A model generated the notes under the pieces. The model saw only the letters and a program-made list of their open reading frames with translations, did not search any database and had not been told where the DNA came from. A stretch of DNA of 62,562 nucleotides, counting the filler, from Rhabdomonas costata (Eukaryota), in the NCBI GenBank assembly GCA_019059605.1. It is 26 parts of 26 records of this genome, joined end to end, with 100 filler letters (N's around TTAATTAATTAA, not from the genome) between each part and the next. Parts side by side here need not be neighbours in the genome. Positions count along the whole stretch, not along the records: positions 24,083 to 26,389 come from JAHMHO010004133.1; positions 26,490 to 28,797 come from JAHMHO010004134.1; positions 28,898 to 31,207 come from JAHMHO010004135.1; positions 31,308 to 33,614 come from JAHMHO010004136.1; positions 33,715 to 36,086 come from JAHMHO010004137.1; positions 36,187 to 38,493 come from JAHMHO010004138.1; 20 more parts are not named here. One strand, given 5' to 3'. Shown piece by piece: positions 25,801 through 38,593 of the stretch; the stretch's first letter is position 1; the number at the start of each line of letters is the position of its first letter. Both the position numbers and the translations under genes were made by a program.

Positions 25801-28800
25801 TGTGTGTGATAGTCGCCTCTAAACATCTGCGTGTCCAAAGAAGAGCGCACAGACTACAAGACAAGACATTTACAAGAATCTTCTTCGCGAAAAGAATTAC
25901 AGCTCAAACAGATTCCTCAGCCGCGCAATCACAATAGACACCCACGACAGACACGCCCAAGTAGACCAAAGAAACAAAGAGAGCAAGAATGGACCCCTCA
26001 AGATGGCACAGAGGATGCCGCTGGAAACCTGCCAGTAAACCCAAAAGTACCACCACTACCATTCGAGCATGGTCCCTAAACGGCTAGCACAGTTCAGTTA
26101 TGAAACCCGTGACTGGTCCTGCGGTCCCCGGCTCCGACTCGAGCTCCCGATTCGGCCCACTCAACGAATTGGGCGAAGATTTGGGCCGAAGGAAATACTT
26201 CTCCCTTCATTTCCGGGGTGACCGGTGTCGACATACAGACCCGGAGGCCCACAGATGAGGCCCGAAGGATGACCCCCCCCCTCTGGAAGAGACCCTAACA
26301 CACAACTGGCGCAAGGCAAACGCACACGTGTCAAACACCTGCACAACAACCCTCCACGCTTCCCACACTCACGACACCCACCACAACCCNNNNNNNNNNN
26401 NNNNNNNNNNNNNNNNNNNNNNNNNNNNNNNNNTTAATTAATTAANNNNNNNNNNNNNNNNNNNNNNNNNNNNNNNNNNNNNNNNNNNNTTGTGTGGGGC
26501 GTGCGTTTACGGTGAGTGGTTGGATGCGGGTGGGGTGTGGGATGGTTTCGAGCGTGGAGGGTAGGGTGCGGGTGTGGGAGCGTGGGGTGTCGGTCTTAGG
26601 GTTGCTGTCTCCGTTGTTTGTTGGTCTCCTTCGCTACGTTGGTTCCTGTTACGGTGTCGGTGCGTACTTTTCGGGTGTTCGAGTGGGTTGCTGTGGGTTG
26701 CTTGGGGCTGGGCTTGGATGTCAGGCTGTGCGTGGGCGGTGCTGGGAATTGTTCCATGGGTGAGGTTGCGTGCGTATAGGATGCTCTGGGTTGTGGTGCC
26801 GTGAATTGGGATGACGTGGTGGGTGCTGGTGTTGCTATGGGTGGGGAGGGTGCCCAGAGTGGTGTTTCCTACGGTGCTGATTCCGGGTTCCGTGTCGGGT
26901 TCTCGATCTATGCATGGGGTTCAAGGGCAGGGTGCTTTGTGGGGACAGGTCGCTATGGGGACAAGGGTGAGCTGTGGGTGGGTAGGGTGGTTGCTGGTGG
27001 GTTCGTGTGTGTACAATGTCTCTAGAGTCTCTGCGGTGCTTTGTGGTCTCTGGGTGGTGTAGGGTATGGGATTGGTATTGCTATGCAACGTAGCGCGTAA
27101 CTCAACACCTGAGGTTGGACTTGTATGTTAGTAGTGGGTAGAGGCGAGACGTGACACCAAGCCACAGGTTGGCCAAAGTAGCATGACCTCTATTGGTGGA
27201 CATGAACCCACGTCGATGCATGTGGTAGTAGTGCTGGGTAGGTCCCAAGGTCGACCTGTGGATGGGCTGCGAATCCAACACAGGGGACAATCAACCTTCT
27301 CAACCCACACGAGAGGCTAGTGGCTGAGATGGTGCAATGACCAGCAGTGGTGGCAGCAATGTCCTCTGCTCAAGTTGTATCGTCCGAGTCACACACTCGA
27401 TGCATGAGTTGAGGTGTCAGAGGTACCGGTAGTGGTAGTGCATTGCTCACGCTCAGACACCCGAACTACTGCATGAGGTGATGTTGTTAGCCCTGGTGGT
27501 AGCGTTGATCGTGGTACGGTAGACACAGTGCACAGTACGCTCTGTCTTACCCTCCACTTCCTACGCTGCAACCCGTGACAGTGGAAGGTGACAGAGGGAG
27601 AGGGAGGGGTGACATGAGGCCCAGCGCTGATGTTAGCCCTCCACCTCACCACTCAACTTCAGTCGACCATGCCACGTTGGGGGTAGAGAGTGAGTGGGCT
27701 GTGGTGGCTGATGCTAAGGCTGATGTACACGCTCAAGCTACGGTTGATGCTGCTTCGCCCACTTCCACCACCTCCACTACTACACGTTCAGGTTGTGAGT
27801 GAGTGACACTTCATCGCAAAAGCCGAGGAAAGCACAAAGTCAGCACATCGACAACCTGTCCAGGAGGGAGAAGCAATGGTCCGGTGCCAGGTGTGCGAGC
27901 AGCCACTTCAACGAGACGGAGATCGAGAAGAAACAGGAAACGAAAACGTGTCATGAGAAGCGCAACACCTCACTGTTCGCGCGCGGTAACAGGGGCGGCG
28001 CAAGCTAAGTCAGTGCTCCGGCACCCCCCGCATGCCCCTATGAACTCGGGACATGAGGAAGATGTGTTATGGGTGGGAGAATTGTTACGTGAGCGCCTGT
28101 GGCCTCACTGTGGATGTATGTGTGGGTTGAATGCAGCATTGCGCGGATTGATGCAAAGCTCATCAAACCGTCCTTGAGAACACACTTTTCCTTTGCACTC
28201 GTGAGATGCGGATCTACTGGTTGGTGGTTGACCGTTCATACACAAGCATGCACACCATTCGTGTTCGGTGATGACCCGATACCTCGTGGCGTCATTTGCT
28301 CCAAGAGTATCTCGCGAGCACCCATGGCTAACAGCCCGTCAGTCCGCAGTGGTCACCGATAGTCAGTCAGCCAACACACACCGAGCACCGTGGATCTCAC
28401 CGAGCGAATGTTCCTCACCCAGAGCCGACTGACTCCTGGCAGATGAGCAGCTGAAAAAAGTGCCGGAGTGCACAAGGCACGGCACAAGCAGAGGATAACA
28501 GCATCAACACTTCAGATCTCATCCGCGCAACGCCATTTCTGTCCGGTGACAAATTTGTTGCGAGCGCACGTTTTTTTCGGTGCAGGCCTGTGCGAAGATC
28601 ACGCACACTCAGCTGGGCAACTCTGCGGTGATGGCTGCGGCAGCGGGGGTGGGGCGGTTCCGCGCTGGCAGCCGAACCTCCACGACCTCCCTGCCATAAC
28701 GAAGAAAACCCTCGAAGTCCGCCTCCACTCCCATTGCGGCCAGTGTCCTTCCCTCCCTTCCCTCCCCTAGGCGGCACCAGCACTGTCCACCCACCCCNNN

Positions 28801-29132
28801 NNNNNNNNNNNNNNNNNNNNNNNNNNNNNNNNNNNNNNNNNTTAATTAATTAANNNNNNNNNNNNNNNNNNNNNNNNNNNNNNNNNNNNNNNNNNNNTAC
28901 TCGCCCTCCCCCGTGCTGCACGACAGGGTTGTGGCGGTGAGGGGTGGGTCCATGAGCATCACCATCACCACCATGAACGGCATCCGGAAGAAACGCAACG
29001 AAAACGCAAAGAAGAAGAAGAAGACCCCACGTCCACAACCACACTCGGTCTGATCCTCAGCGTAACTCAAGATTTGCGTATGTGTGGAGGGGGCATGTTC
29101 ATCCATCGACTTTTTACGAAGCAGGGGCACAC

Positions 29133-29802
29133 CGTGATTTGTGTGAAAGGGATGGCCACTTTGGCCACCGGACGGGATGATCCCGTGGTGACAAAACACA
29201 CGTGGTCTTTGGTAACGTACATCACACCCTGCGCAAAACCACAAATTGCCTCGAGTGTGGTAGTGTGGAAGATCTTTGCCGTTTCTAAAACAAGCCAGTT
29301 CAGATGAAGAACAGGCCTAAATCTCACAACAACAAACCGAAAGTGCTCCAAACGCACAAAAATCCGTGGAAATGTATATATTGTCGGACCTGAAGTGGCG
29401 CAACTACAAAACAAAGATCGAAGGGAAGTTCAAAAGAAAGACATTCACAGACAAGATCTGCTTTACAAAAATCGTCGGTGTTGACGAACTGATTGCCTGC
29501 CTAAAGTTGCATCGCCAGGAAAGCGATCGGAAAAAAAACAAGGAAATACGGTGACCAGCGGTACACCTGCTTAGATTGCAGGGCGCACGAGCAGCTCTCC
29601 AAAACGTGCTCCTGAGTAAAGCTGGGGAAGCACGAGTGGAAATCCGTCTCGGACGCGTTCATCGAGGGCCGCCTGCCACTTCCGCTGCGGCTAGAGGTGG
29701 CGACAGAGGCCTCGTGGGGCTTTGATGGGGAGACCGAGGCGCTCTCCCCAGGTGTTCCCCCGGGACTGCTCCGCGGGGTCCCAACGGAGACACGGGGTGA
29801 AG
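29133..29802 (-). CDS. GRAM-domain protein, partial
   Basis: Exons 29802-29567 (DFHSCFPSFTQEHVLESCSCALQ) and 29228-29133 (GVMYVTKDHVCF...KVAIPFTQIT). Confidence 0.85.
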
Positions 29803-31571
29803 CTGAGAGGACGGGTGAGCGTGTGCATGGGGGGCGACCGAGGGGCACAGGCAGATGTATGTCAGTGAGTGGCGCACAAAGGTCCAGAACGAAGATGATG
29901 CCGCCATGTGGTTTATACATTTGGTTCACATGTGCAGAAACAGAACGGTGCCGGCGATGCCTGCGCTTCAAAGCACGCAAATGTTTCAATTCTGAGAAAT
30001 TTAGAAGGATAGAAAGAGCTCCCGGTTGGAATGCTGCATCCAGAAAAACTATCACGTAAAAATCACTCTGAGAATAGAGCAGATGATAGCAGAGACTCTG
30101 AGAAGAGAGATGGTGTCAAAATCCAGCAGTTACAAAATCTGCGCATGTAGACGCACGACAGTGACTCTTAACTGATTGGAACGAAGACACGTAAACACGT
30201 GTGCACCCCCTGTACAAGCATTGCCCCACACAAACACAAACACCCTTCCCCCCACACTCACACAAACGCACCTTCTGAGCGCGCTGTGGGCACTGGGCTG
30301 CTAATTGGAGCGCTGCTCGCCGGAGTAGGGGAGGGAAAGGGCCGGTACGTGCTGTGTGAGAAAAATAGAGCAAAAATACAACACAATAACACAACCTCCT
30401 GTGTTTCAACAATCCTAAAAAGCACAGCAAGGCAAAATGCAACCGAGGAAGGAGGCAACTGCAAGCTGAGCCACATACCTCGCTCATTGACTTCCTGTGG
30501 TCCCTTTGGTATTGAAAGGCAGCAAAAAAAACTGTCTGAATTCCAGGTTCCAAGGTCTCAGGAGTATTGAATTCTGTTCGTTTGGTTTTGGGGGTGGAGA
30601 GGTGTTCAGGCTTTTTTCAAAGCACCGTGCAAAGCACGATACTGGGACTTTGTCGGACGAATGGGAGGTCATTAGACGAAGGGCCGAGGCTACGCCGTAC
30701 CACCTCTTACCCCCCCCCCTTGTTCTTTTGGAGGCTGGAAATAGCCAATGCGGAGATGTGAGTCCAACATGACAAAGGCACTTCACCCAAAAATCGACCT
30801 TGAGAGGTCACATCTCAGCAAAGGAGTTCAAAGACAAAAAGACGAGCAGTCGTTAGCCGACTCATCCCATAAGTACTATCATACCACCAAATATGAGCAA
30901 ATATGAACCCGGCTGCCCGTATGGACTGCGCATATATCTTCTTGTGCTTAGGGACAGGTGTGTTTGTTTGTTCGCGTTTGCATATGTTGTAGGCGGAAAA
31001 GGAAACATACACACTTGTGAAGGAGAGCCACGATGAAAAGAAAAGCTGCGCGCCACCCAAGAGGTGCTTTCACGGAGAATCCGTGAGAACTGTTGTCAGA
31101 CGGGTGGTTGCTCACCAGACAAGAGGCCAGGTTCCCGAACATCGCACGGCAAGCCGAGTGGACGTTTTTTTTGGGAGGGGATAAAACGTGCGATCCTACC
31201 CCCAACCNNNNNNNNNNNNNNNNNNNNNNNNNNNNNNNNNNNNNNNNNNNNTTAATTAATTAANNNNNNNNNNNNNNNNNNNNNNNNNNNNNNNNNNNNN
31301 NNNNNNNGGTTGGTGGGATGATTGACAGATTTTTCACCTGCGGACGCGTTTTGGTGGTTCCCTTCGAGAGAAAGGCTGCAGCCGTTGGCCAAAGGAGGCC
31401 AACGAATTTGAGGCTAAAACGCTGTGATTACATTTTGGACGCCAAACGTGACAAACCTCAAAATCAGACCTCATATTTTGTCAAGCAAGACTTTTTTCAA
31501 GAATTCTATTGCGGCGACATAGGGAACAGAGCAGAAAGTGATGTTGTATGCGTGCGTGGGACGGTGCCTAC

Positions 31572-33493
31572 CTGCGGCAGCTTCGCAGGCGGTGGGGAGG
31601 ATCCGAGTGAACCTTGAGCTCATCTCGGCCAGCACGTCGTCCGACAGCCGGCATTCGCTCTCTTGGGAGGCTGTGCGTGGAGGCACACAAACTGATGGTC
31701 CCACGGACAAATGTGGTGAGTGAGGGTGAATGAGGTGAACTCTGACTGATCTCATGCACTGGTGTGGGACTTGCGGTTCGACCCTCGCGGAGTGGTTGGG
31801 TCACCATCAAAAGCAAGACACCAACTCCGCCAGCCTTGGACGCCCTTCGTCGGGTTCTAACAGGGCAAGGATTCAACTTTTCAACTGAAAGAGAGAAAAA
31901 GAGGGGAGGGGAAAACCTTCGGAGAAGGACGGGGATGGGCGGCACAGCGAGGACCCCGACGCGCTGCGCAGAGGCGGCCCCGGCGCGTAGTGCAGAGTGT
32001 CTACCAGCCCCCAGCCCACTGACAACCACACGCCTCCGCCAAAGCAGCGAAGCACAGCAAAAACATGCACACAGTCAGAGTAAGGGGCATTCGAAAAATT
32101 GTGGGTGCCCGCGCCAGCGCTAAAAGCTACACGCTCCCCCCTCTCTCTCTTCACAAAAATACAAGAGGACCAAGAGGACCAAGAGGACCATTGGCCCTGA
32201 GAATAGGCTTCACGTTGATTGTCTTAAAAAGGCGGTCTCTCGCCCTGGTCTCTCGCCCGCTGCAATACGGGCGAAGGCGGACACGTGAATATCCAGACAC
32301 ACCCGCAAGGGTGGGTGCGCTCCGGGGAAGCGTGAAGTTGCACGATGGTGACGGAGAAATCCCCGGGGTGGAAGAGACCCCTGCGGCAGAAGCACACACA
32401 TTCCATCCCTTTTCCATTGTGGGTGCGGGGAGAAGGGCAAAACATTGCTGGGATTAAGAGGGTGCCATATGCTGCGCGTGCGTCCTAACGATGACGATGT
32501 GGTGGTGGTGCCCTGCCCTCTCACACAATGACAGCAAAGCCAGGGAATGCACAAAAAGGAAACAGGGGGAACGCAAGTGCGAGTGCTGATGTCAGCGGCT
32601 CGATAATCTTCTCCTCATTGTACCTGAAAATCCCCGGGACGCACCACTCCCGGTTTTCGAGTGCATACGGAGGAAGACATTGCAGAGCAATTGCCCCCCC
32701 CCCAGCATTGAGAATGGGCTCCCACTCCGTCCCAACATACGGCCTGCGAAGTGAAAGGGTCGCTCAGAAGGCCCCTCGAGGTCCTGGTCCCAATTGGGGG
32801 AGTGGTCCTCTGCATCAGCGAAAGCAGTGCGAAAGGAGGTAGAGGGGTAAAGACACAGACATAAAAATAAGAAAACAATCCCCGCAAGCCAAAGGTTAGT
32901 TCTTGAAAATGACCGGCATTTTCCAATTGGGCCCCACGGGGCCTGATTTGGGTGACTGTTTCCTCTCATGTGTCAATTGCTGTGTCATATGCCACTCGTT
33001 GTTGTAGCGCAGTTTTGGTCATTGGTCATCCCTTCGCAACCTGTGACCTACAGTGCACGGCCAGCTACCATTTTATTTGAGGGAAACACAAACAAACTCT
33101 TTCACAAATTAACTCTTTCCGCAGTTCATTCAAGAGGCCCAACAAAACATTGCCATGGACGCCAGATGTGGCCAGATGTGATGCGTTTTCTAATACATTC
33201 CAATTTCTCACCTCGTCTTCTTCCCTCATTGGAAGTGCAAGATTGTCCAAGATCACTGCTCCTCAGCAGCACACGTTGCTCGCCTACCTTTTAGGTTCTG
33301 TTCTGCTTCTTTCACTATCTCCCGCTATTTTTGCTTGCTGTTTGCGGTGTCGGCCCATTCTGTGAGTTAGAATGGGACACAACACCACATGGCAGAAATA
33401 AGGAGAAATACAAAAGCATCCACTGGGGGTAGGGTTGCGGTGCCCCGTCACACCTGTGGTCTGGCCCGAGAGCGATAGCCCGTCGGAGAAGCT
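31572..33493 (-). CDS. Several short exons of an unknown protein
   Basis: GC-rich blocks bounded by AG and GT at about 31572-31670, 32300-32380, 32624-32810 and 33420-33493. No family recognised. Confidence 0.4.
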
Positions 33494-33714
33494 GAACAAG
33501 CGAAGAAGATGAACAAGAAGGGAACGAAGCCAGATTTAATGTATGATGAAAGGAGAGAAAGAAGAGAGAGAGAGAGAGAAGGGAGTGAAAAAAGCACCTC
33601 TCACCCAAAAACACNNNNNNNNNNNNNNNNNNNNNNNNNNNNNNNNNNNNNNNNNNNNTTAATTAATTAANNNNNNNNNNNNNNNNNNNNNNNNNNNNNN
33701 NNNNNNNNNNNNNN

Positions 33715-34264
33715 GCCCTGACCGCTGGAACGCCTACGCTGCTGCTGCTGCTGCTGCGAAGGGGCCTGGCCCTTTCCGGGAGCTGGGTTGGGGTCCAGCA
33801 TCTTCCCCAGCACCTCGGGATGCCTCCCAAACCAGAGCGCGGTCATGGAGTATTGTGGCTGGGACTGCGTCCCGGAAGCGCTGCCCTCTTCCCCATTGCC
33901 GCTGGGCAGGGCGGCCTTCGGGGAGCGCTGGGATGAGGGCGAGTGTAGCTGCAGCTGGGGCTGGGACTTCCGGCGACTCTGTAGGGTAGGTGTCGGGGTG
34001 GACAGCTTGGGAGCCTCGAAGGGCTCGGGGTCGGCCTGGCTGAGCTCCGAGAAGGAGCCGCCCAGGGAGGGGTCCCAGGGCTCGGAGGAGGTGGAGTGTG
34101 GTGTGGCTCCTCCTCCTCCACCACCGCCGCCCTGGGCCCGGAACTGCGAGGTCTCCTGCTCCGCCCAGTACAGCACTGCGCGGTGCAGCATGAGGTTGCG
34201 GCGGCCCCGGTAGCGCACGTAAGCCTTGACAATCTTCGCGGCCAGGCGCCGCTGAACCATGAAC
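33715..34264 (-). CDS. Exon of an unknown protein (IQ-like helix followed by an S/P/Q-rich region)
   Basis: Strong acceptor ctctttatctgcag, then FMVQRRLAAKIVKAYVRYRGRR. Open and GC-rich to the contig end. Confidence 0.65.
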
Positions 34265-34806
34265 CTGCAGATAAAGAGAGTGGGAGAGGGAAACCCCAGG
34301 AAGGACCGGACGGCGCGACGCAGACCCACCCCGGATGGCTAATTCCCACTGGACAAGAAACCTCAGGCTGAAATTTTATGTGCGGAGGAAGACGGAACTA
34401 CAACACAGTGAATGTCCAGCGTCGAGGGTCTTCTACAAAAACGAAATATGACGCAGGCAGGAAACCTTGGGAATCCCAGGAGGGCATCGGGCTTGGGGAG
34501 GATAAAGCGCCAATGATTATAATGGCTGTGGGAGAGATAGCTCTAGAAGTCTAGAAGTCAGGCGTATCTAGCGCACGGACCGCAGAGTACACGAGACACT
34601 GAGACAAGATCACGGCACATTCCACCACACGAAGAAGAAGGTCTGCATAGTGAATCAGAGGGGGGCAAATCGAGGAGAAAAGAGCCAAGCAAATATGTGC
34701 ACACTTCCGGATCACATGAGCGAACAGGGAGGCCGTTGCCTCTGGTGTTGAACGTGTGAACGAAGCGGCCAGTGCTGCATCTCCCTCTCCCCCTCCACTT
34801 TTGCAG

Positions 34807-35930
34807 GGCAGGGCCTCCATCTTACGCAACAGTGGTCCCCCTAACAGGCGGAGCACGATGGTGATGGTGACGGACCTCTCAGGAGACGAGGAGCCCAACA
34901 CTCAACGCAACGAAGTGTGCTTGTCTGTTGTTTGTTCGGATGAGTGGTGTGCGGGGTGATGAGTTATAAATAATGGAGCAAGGTTGGCCAAGTCGGGATC
35001 AAAGAAATCCTCTTCAATCTTTGAGGGATCCATTATATCGATCCATTATTTCTACTGGTCCATCATTGATAATTTTACGGCAACCATATTCCCTACCAAC
35101 AGGGCTCCCAACAGGCAATGCTCTTCTTGGACGTCACCGGCTCTACGGGGAGCATCGCCAGCATCCACAGCACCCCCCGCTCCGGCGCCGGAACCGGTTC
35201 CGCCGCCGCCCCGGTGCCTGTGCCCCGCTCCAACGCGAAGTACATCGCCGACACCACGGCGCTGGCGCAGCGCAGCCGCACTCTAGGTTCCTCGAGCAAA
35301 GGCGGGAAAGACACGGCCTCGTCCATGGGGGGCTCCATCAACGCGGACCGCAAGCGCAGCTCGGCCAGCACCTTTCAGCGGCGGTCCGGCAGTGTGGCCT
35401 CCTCGGCGAGCACGGTGAGGCCCGCGGCGAAGGTGGCAGACATGCTGGATCGCTTCTTGCAGAGGTGAGACGTTGTGCCCCGCCTGCCCTTTGCTGTTTT
35501 CTTGGTGCTCTATCATTCATCATCTGGCCATGCATGCACCAGCAGCAACCCTATAGGTTTTCACTTCAGGTGTTGTTTTAGGTCAGAACCCCCGTGGCAG
35601 TATTTGCCGAAGCCGCTTACAATAGCAGGGCATGCCCGCAGAGACGGACAGTATTGGCCGGAAGTATGAACAAGTTCTTTCAGCACACAAACAACGGCAT
35701 CGTAAAACTCAGAGCTGGGGAATCCATTTCTTTTTCGACTGCTTCAGAAATCAAGGGCTCACAGACACGTCCTTACAGCCACAGGTAGGCACATCGGGTT
35801 GGGGAGGTGTTTCCCAGAAAGCACGTCACTCTGCTGGCCTGTGAAATCGTGGACTTCGAGAAGGTCGTCTCGGGCACCCCCCTGGCAGACACCATTGACA
35901 TCCACGCGAAGTACGTCACCCTGGTTCAGG

Positions 35931-35932
<2 letters not shown>
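34807..35932 (+). CDS. Class III cyclase-like protein (S-rich linker plus start of the catalytic domain), partial
   Basis: Exons 34807-34914, 35115-35464, about 35644-35784 and 35818-35932 join in frame, ending RKHVTLLACEIVDFEKVV...TIDIHAKYVTLVQE (cyclase beta1-alpha1). Confidence 0.65.

Positions 35933-35976
<44 letters not shown>
35933..35976 (+). repeat. (GT)n microsatellite beginning at a splice donor
   Basis: Seen directly. Confidence 0.95.
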
Positions 35977-35980
<4 letters not shown>

Positions 35981-36387
35981 ATTAATGCGACAGATCGTAT
36001 CTCTGTCCGAGCTTGGAGGCGGCGAGTTTGGGAAGTTGTCTGCAGGAACAGGGCACCGATGGGTTGCATTAATACGCACACACCCANNNNNNNNNNNNNN
36101 NNNNNNNNNNNNNNNNNNNNNNNNNNNNNNTTAATTAATTAANNNNNNNNNNNNNNNNNNNNNNNNNNNNNNNNNNNNNNNNNNNNGTTTGTGTTCGCCC
36201 GACACAGAACGGCAAATTGCTGCTAGAACTGCGCCACCCACCCACACATGCTATCAATAGGTGCATGGGTGTTAAGCAATTACCACTTGCACCTCTCAAC
36301 TCTTCCACCTGAGCCAGTCACAACGCTGGTGTGCCTGCTGGCTAGGACTTATACCAACAAAATCCGAAATCAGAAAAACAGGCAAAC

Positions 36388-38142
36388 CTAAATTGGTCAT
36401 TGCGGTCGTTGTACTCTGATGTTCGCAGCGCATGAGTCACGCCCTCAACGGAATCCACAATGGGGCAAGCAAAGTCGTACGTCGGATAAACCTGAAGTAA
36501 GTGCAAACATGTTGGGTTTCCACTGAAAACTTCATAGCGTGCCATCGCCAATGCCAACACCAACGCCATCGTTTTCGAAACACCCCGAGCGCTGGGTGGC
36601 CTTACCGGCGTGCATTCTGGGTGGCGTATACTGCACCCAGATGGTTTTAGACGGGCTGAGTTGGTTGTGCTCAGTGATCAAACAACAGCAAAGCATCTTC
36701 TAGTGTTTGTGCTGCGCTCCCTGCCTGATGATGTGCCCCGTTGTTCTAATAGTTTTTTTCCAGGATAAACAACCGTCAAAAACACACAAAAAAAAAGCTC
36801 AATGAAGTTGCCTCTGAGAGAAACGAGGGGCCCTCCGAGCCAGTTTTCAGTATCCGTCGAAAAACCCCATCATCAGGCAGGAGGAGGAAACCTTGTACTT
36901 ATCTTTGGTCCTCGGATGAGGAGTCAAATTGCAGCGGTACAGCACAGGATCCCGCAGAGCCTTGTTTGGGTTATCCACGGAAAGCTTCGCCCGAAGACAT
37001 GTCTTGAGCCCTTCTTCGGAAGCCTGGAACAAAAAGAAAATGACAATGATATGACATTAATTAATTAATGCTGGGGATGTACAAAACACGAGCAAAAAAA
37101 AAACAATGAGTGAACCTTTTTCATCTCTTCCCACATTGAAAAATTTTGTTCCACTGTGTTGGCCCTGCAAGGCGTCGGAATGCCCTCAAAGCGGCAGCGC
37201 TGCATTTCCTCTTTGGGTGTGTTGTCACAGTAGGCCTGAACAAAACAGTTGGACACAAGTGCAAAGAACTGAGGTTTACATCATCAAAACACTCACAAAG
37301 CCCACAAAGCACCGCAACAAGCATGATGTTCCTGAATGTAGTGCTATGTACGGAAGGGAAAATGGGGGACTGCGAGACACTCATTGCAGAAGCATCGGCA
37401 ATGCTCGCGGGGTGGGGGGTGCTGACCTAAGTTATATCAAGAGCACGTTGAACAATGATTACAATTCGAGCGCCAAAGTCTAAAGTCTTGGATTTTTGGG
37501 CTTGTATTTTCACTGTTTCCCGTGGCAGCGATTGCTTTCAGTAGCTATAGAAGGACTGCGAAATGCACAAAAGACCCCATGCCTTCCGCGGCCCTCTGTT
37601 TTCAAGTGGAGTAATTTCCGGCAAAAGAAACAAAAATCATAGAAACACACAATTCCAAACCAAAACCACCCGGGCAAAACGAGCAAAATCATTCATGAGC
37701 CGGTGGCTGCAAGCCAACTTGCGCGGCAACAACGAAATGCATAAAACCTTGCCTTCCTTGATGAGCTTTTCAGCGAAGCCCAGCATTTGCTCGAAGTAGT
37801 CGCTGGTGTACGTTGGGCCCATGTCCCACTTTATCCGCAAGGACTTCAGATCTTCAACAATCGCATGCTCAAAAGCGACGTTTTCTTTGTCAGGGTTCGT
37901 GTCGTCAAAGCGGAGGATCATCTTGCTACACAAGCAGAAGCGTCAAAGGTCACGAAAGCAAGACAAGTGAACAACCGACAGAAAGCAGACAGCCAGCCAG
38001 TGTACCCTGAATACTGCTCTGCAAGAAGTCGGTTTATTAAGGCGGCCTTGGCGTGCCCAATGTGGATGTATCCACTCGCTTCCGGAGGGAAGCGAGTGAC
38101 AACTTCTCCGCTTTTGGCATTGTTCAACTTCATTGTCGACAT
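36388..38142 (-). CDS. GluRS: Cytosolic glutamyl-tRNA synthetase, N-terminal five exons
   Basis: Exons 38142-38006, 37925-37748, 37235-37116, 37023-36892 and 36491-36388, all GT-AG and in frame: [61 protein letters not shown]. Confidence 0.97.
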
Positions 38143-38593
38143 CGCCGTGCGACGGATGGTTGAGATCTGAGGCTGGCTTGGGGAGGTGCCGGGTTGCACA
38201 AAAAGTCTCACGGGGGTGTGCACAGTGTGAGCAGTCGGAGGGAAAGAGAACAGCGCACGAGTGAAAACCCAAGCACGAAAAGGCGTTTTTGCAAACACAA
38301 GGCTCAGACGCCGACAGAAATCCTGGAAAAAATGGTGGGAAAGAGTTAAAAGGCAGCACACACAAGTTAATTCATGTTTTGCTGGACCTTTTTTTGTTTG
38401 CTTCTTTGCCCAGAGGTTGCCGTCCTTCGTTTTTGATTGTCCATCATTTTGTGGGGCTTTGAAAGCTCGATTTGGTTCGTCGCACAACCAACCNNNNNNN
38501 NNNNNNNNNNNNNNNNNNNNNNNNNNNNNNNNNNNNNTTAATTAATTAANNNNNNNNNNNNNNNNNNNNNNNNNNNNNNNNNNNNNNNNNNNN

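Noticed and set aside
37057-37068. TTAATTAATTAA without Ns inside the GluRS gene
   Set aside because: It lies in a normal intron whose flanking exons join in frame, so it is a chance AT palindrome and not a contig break.
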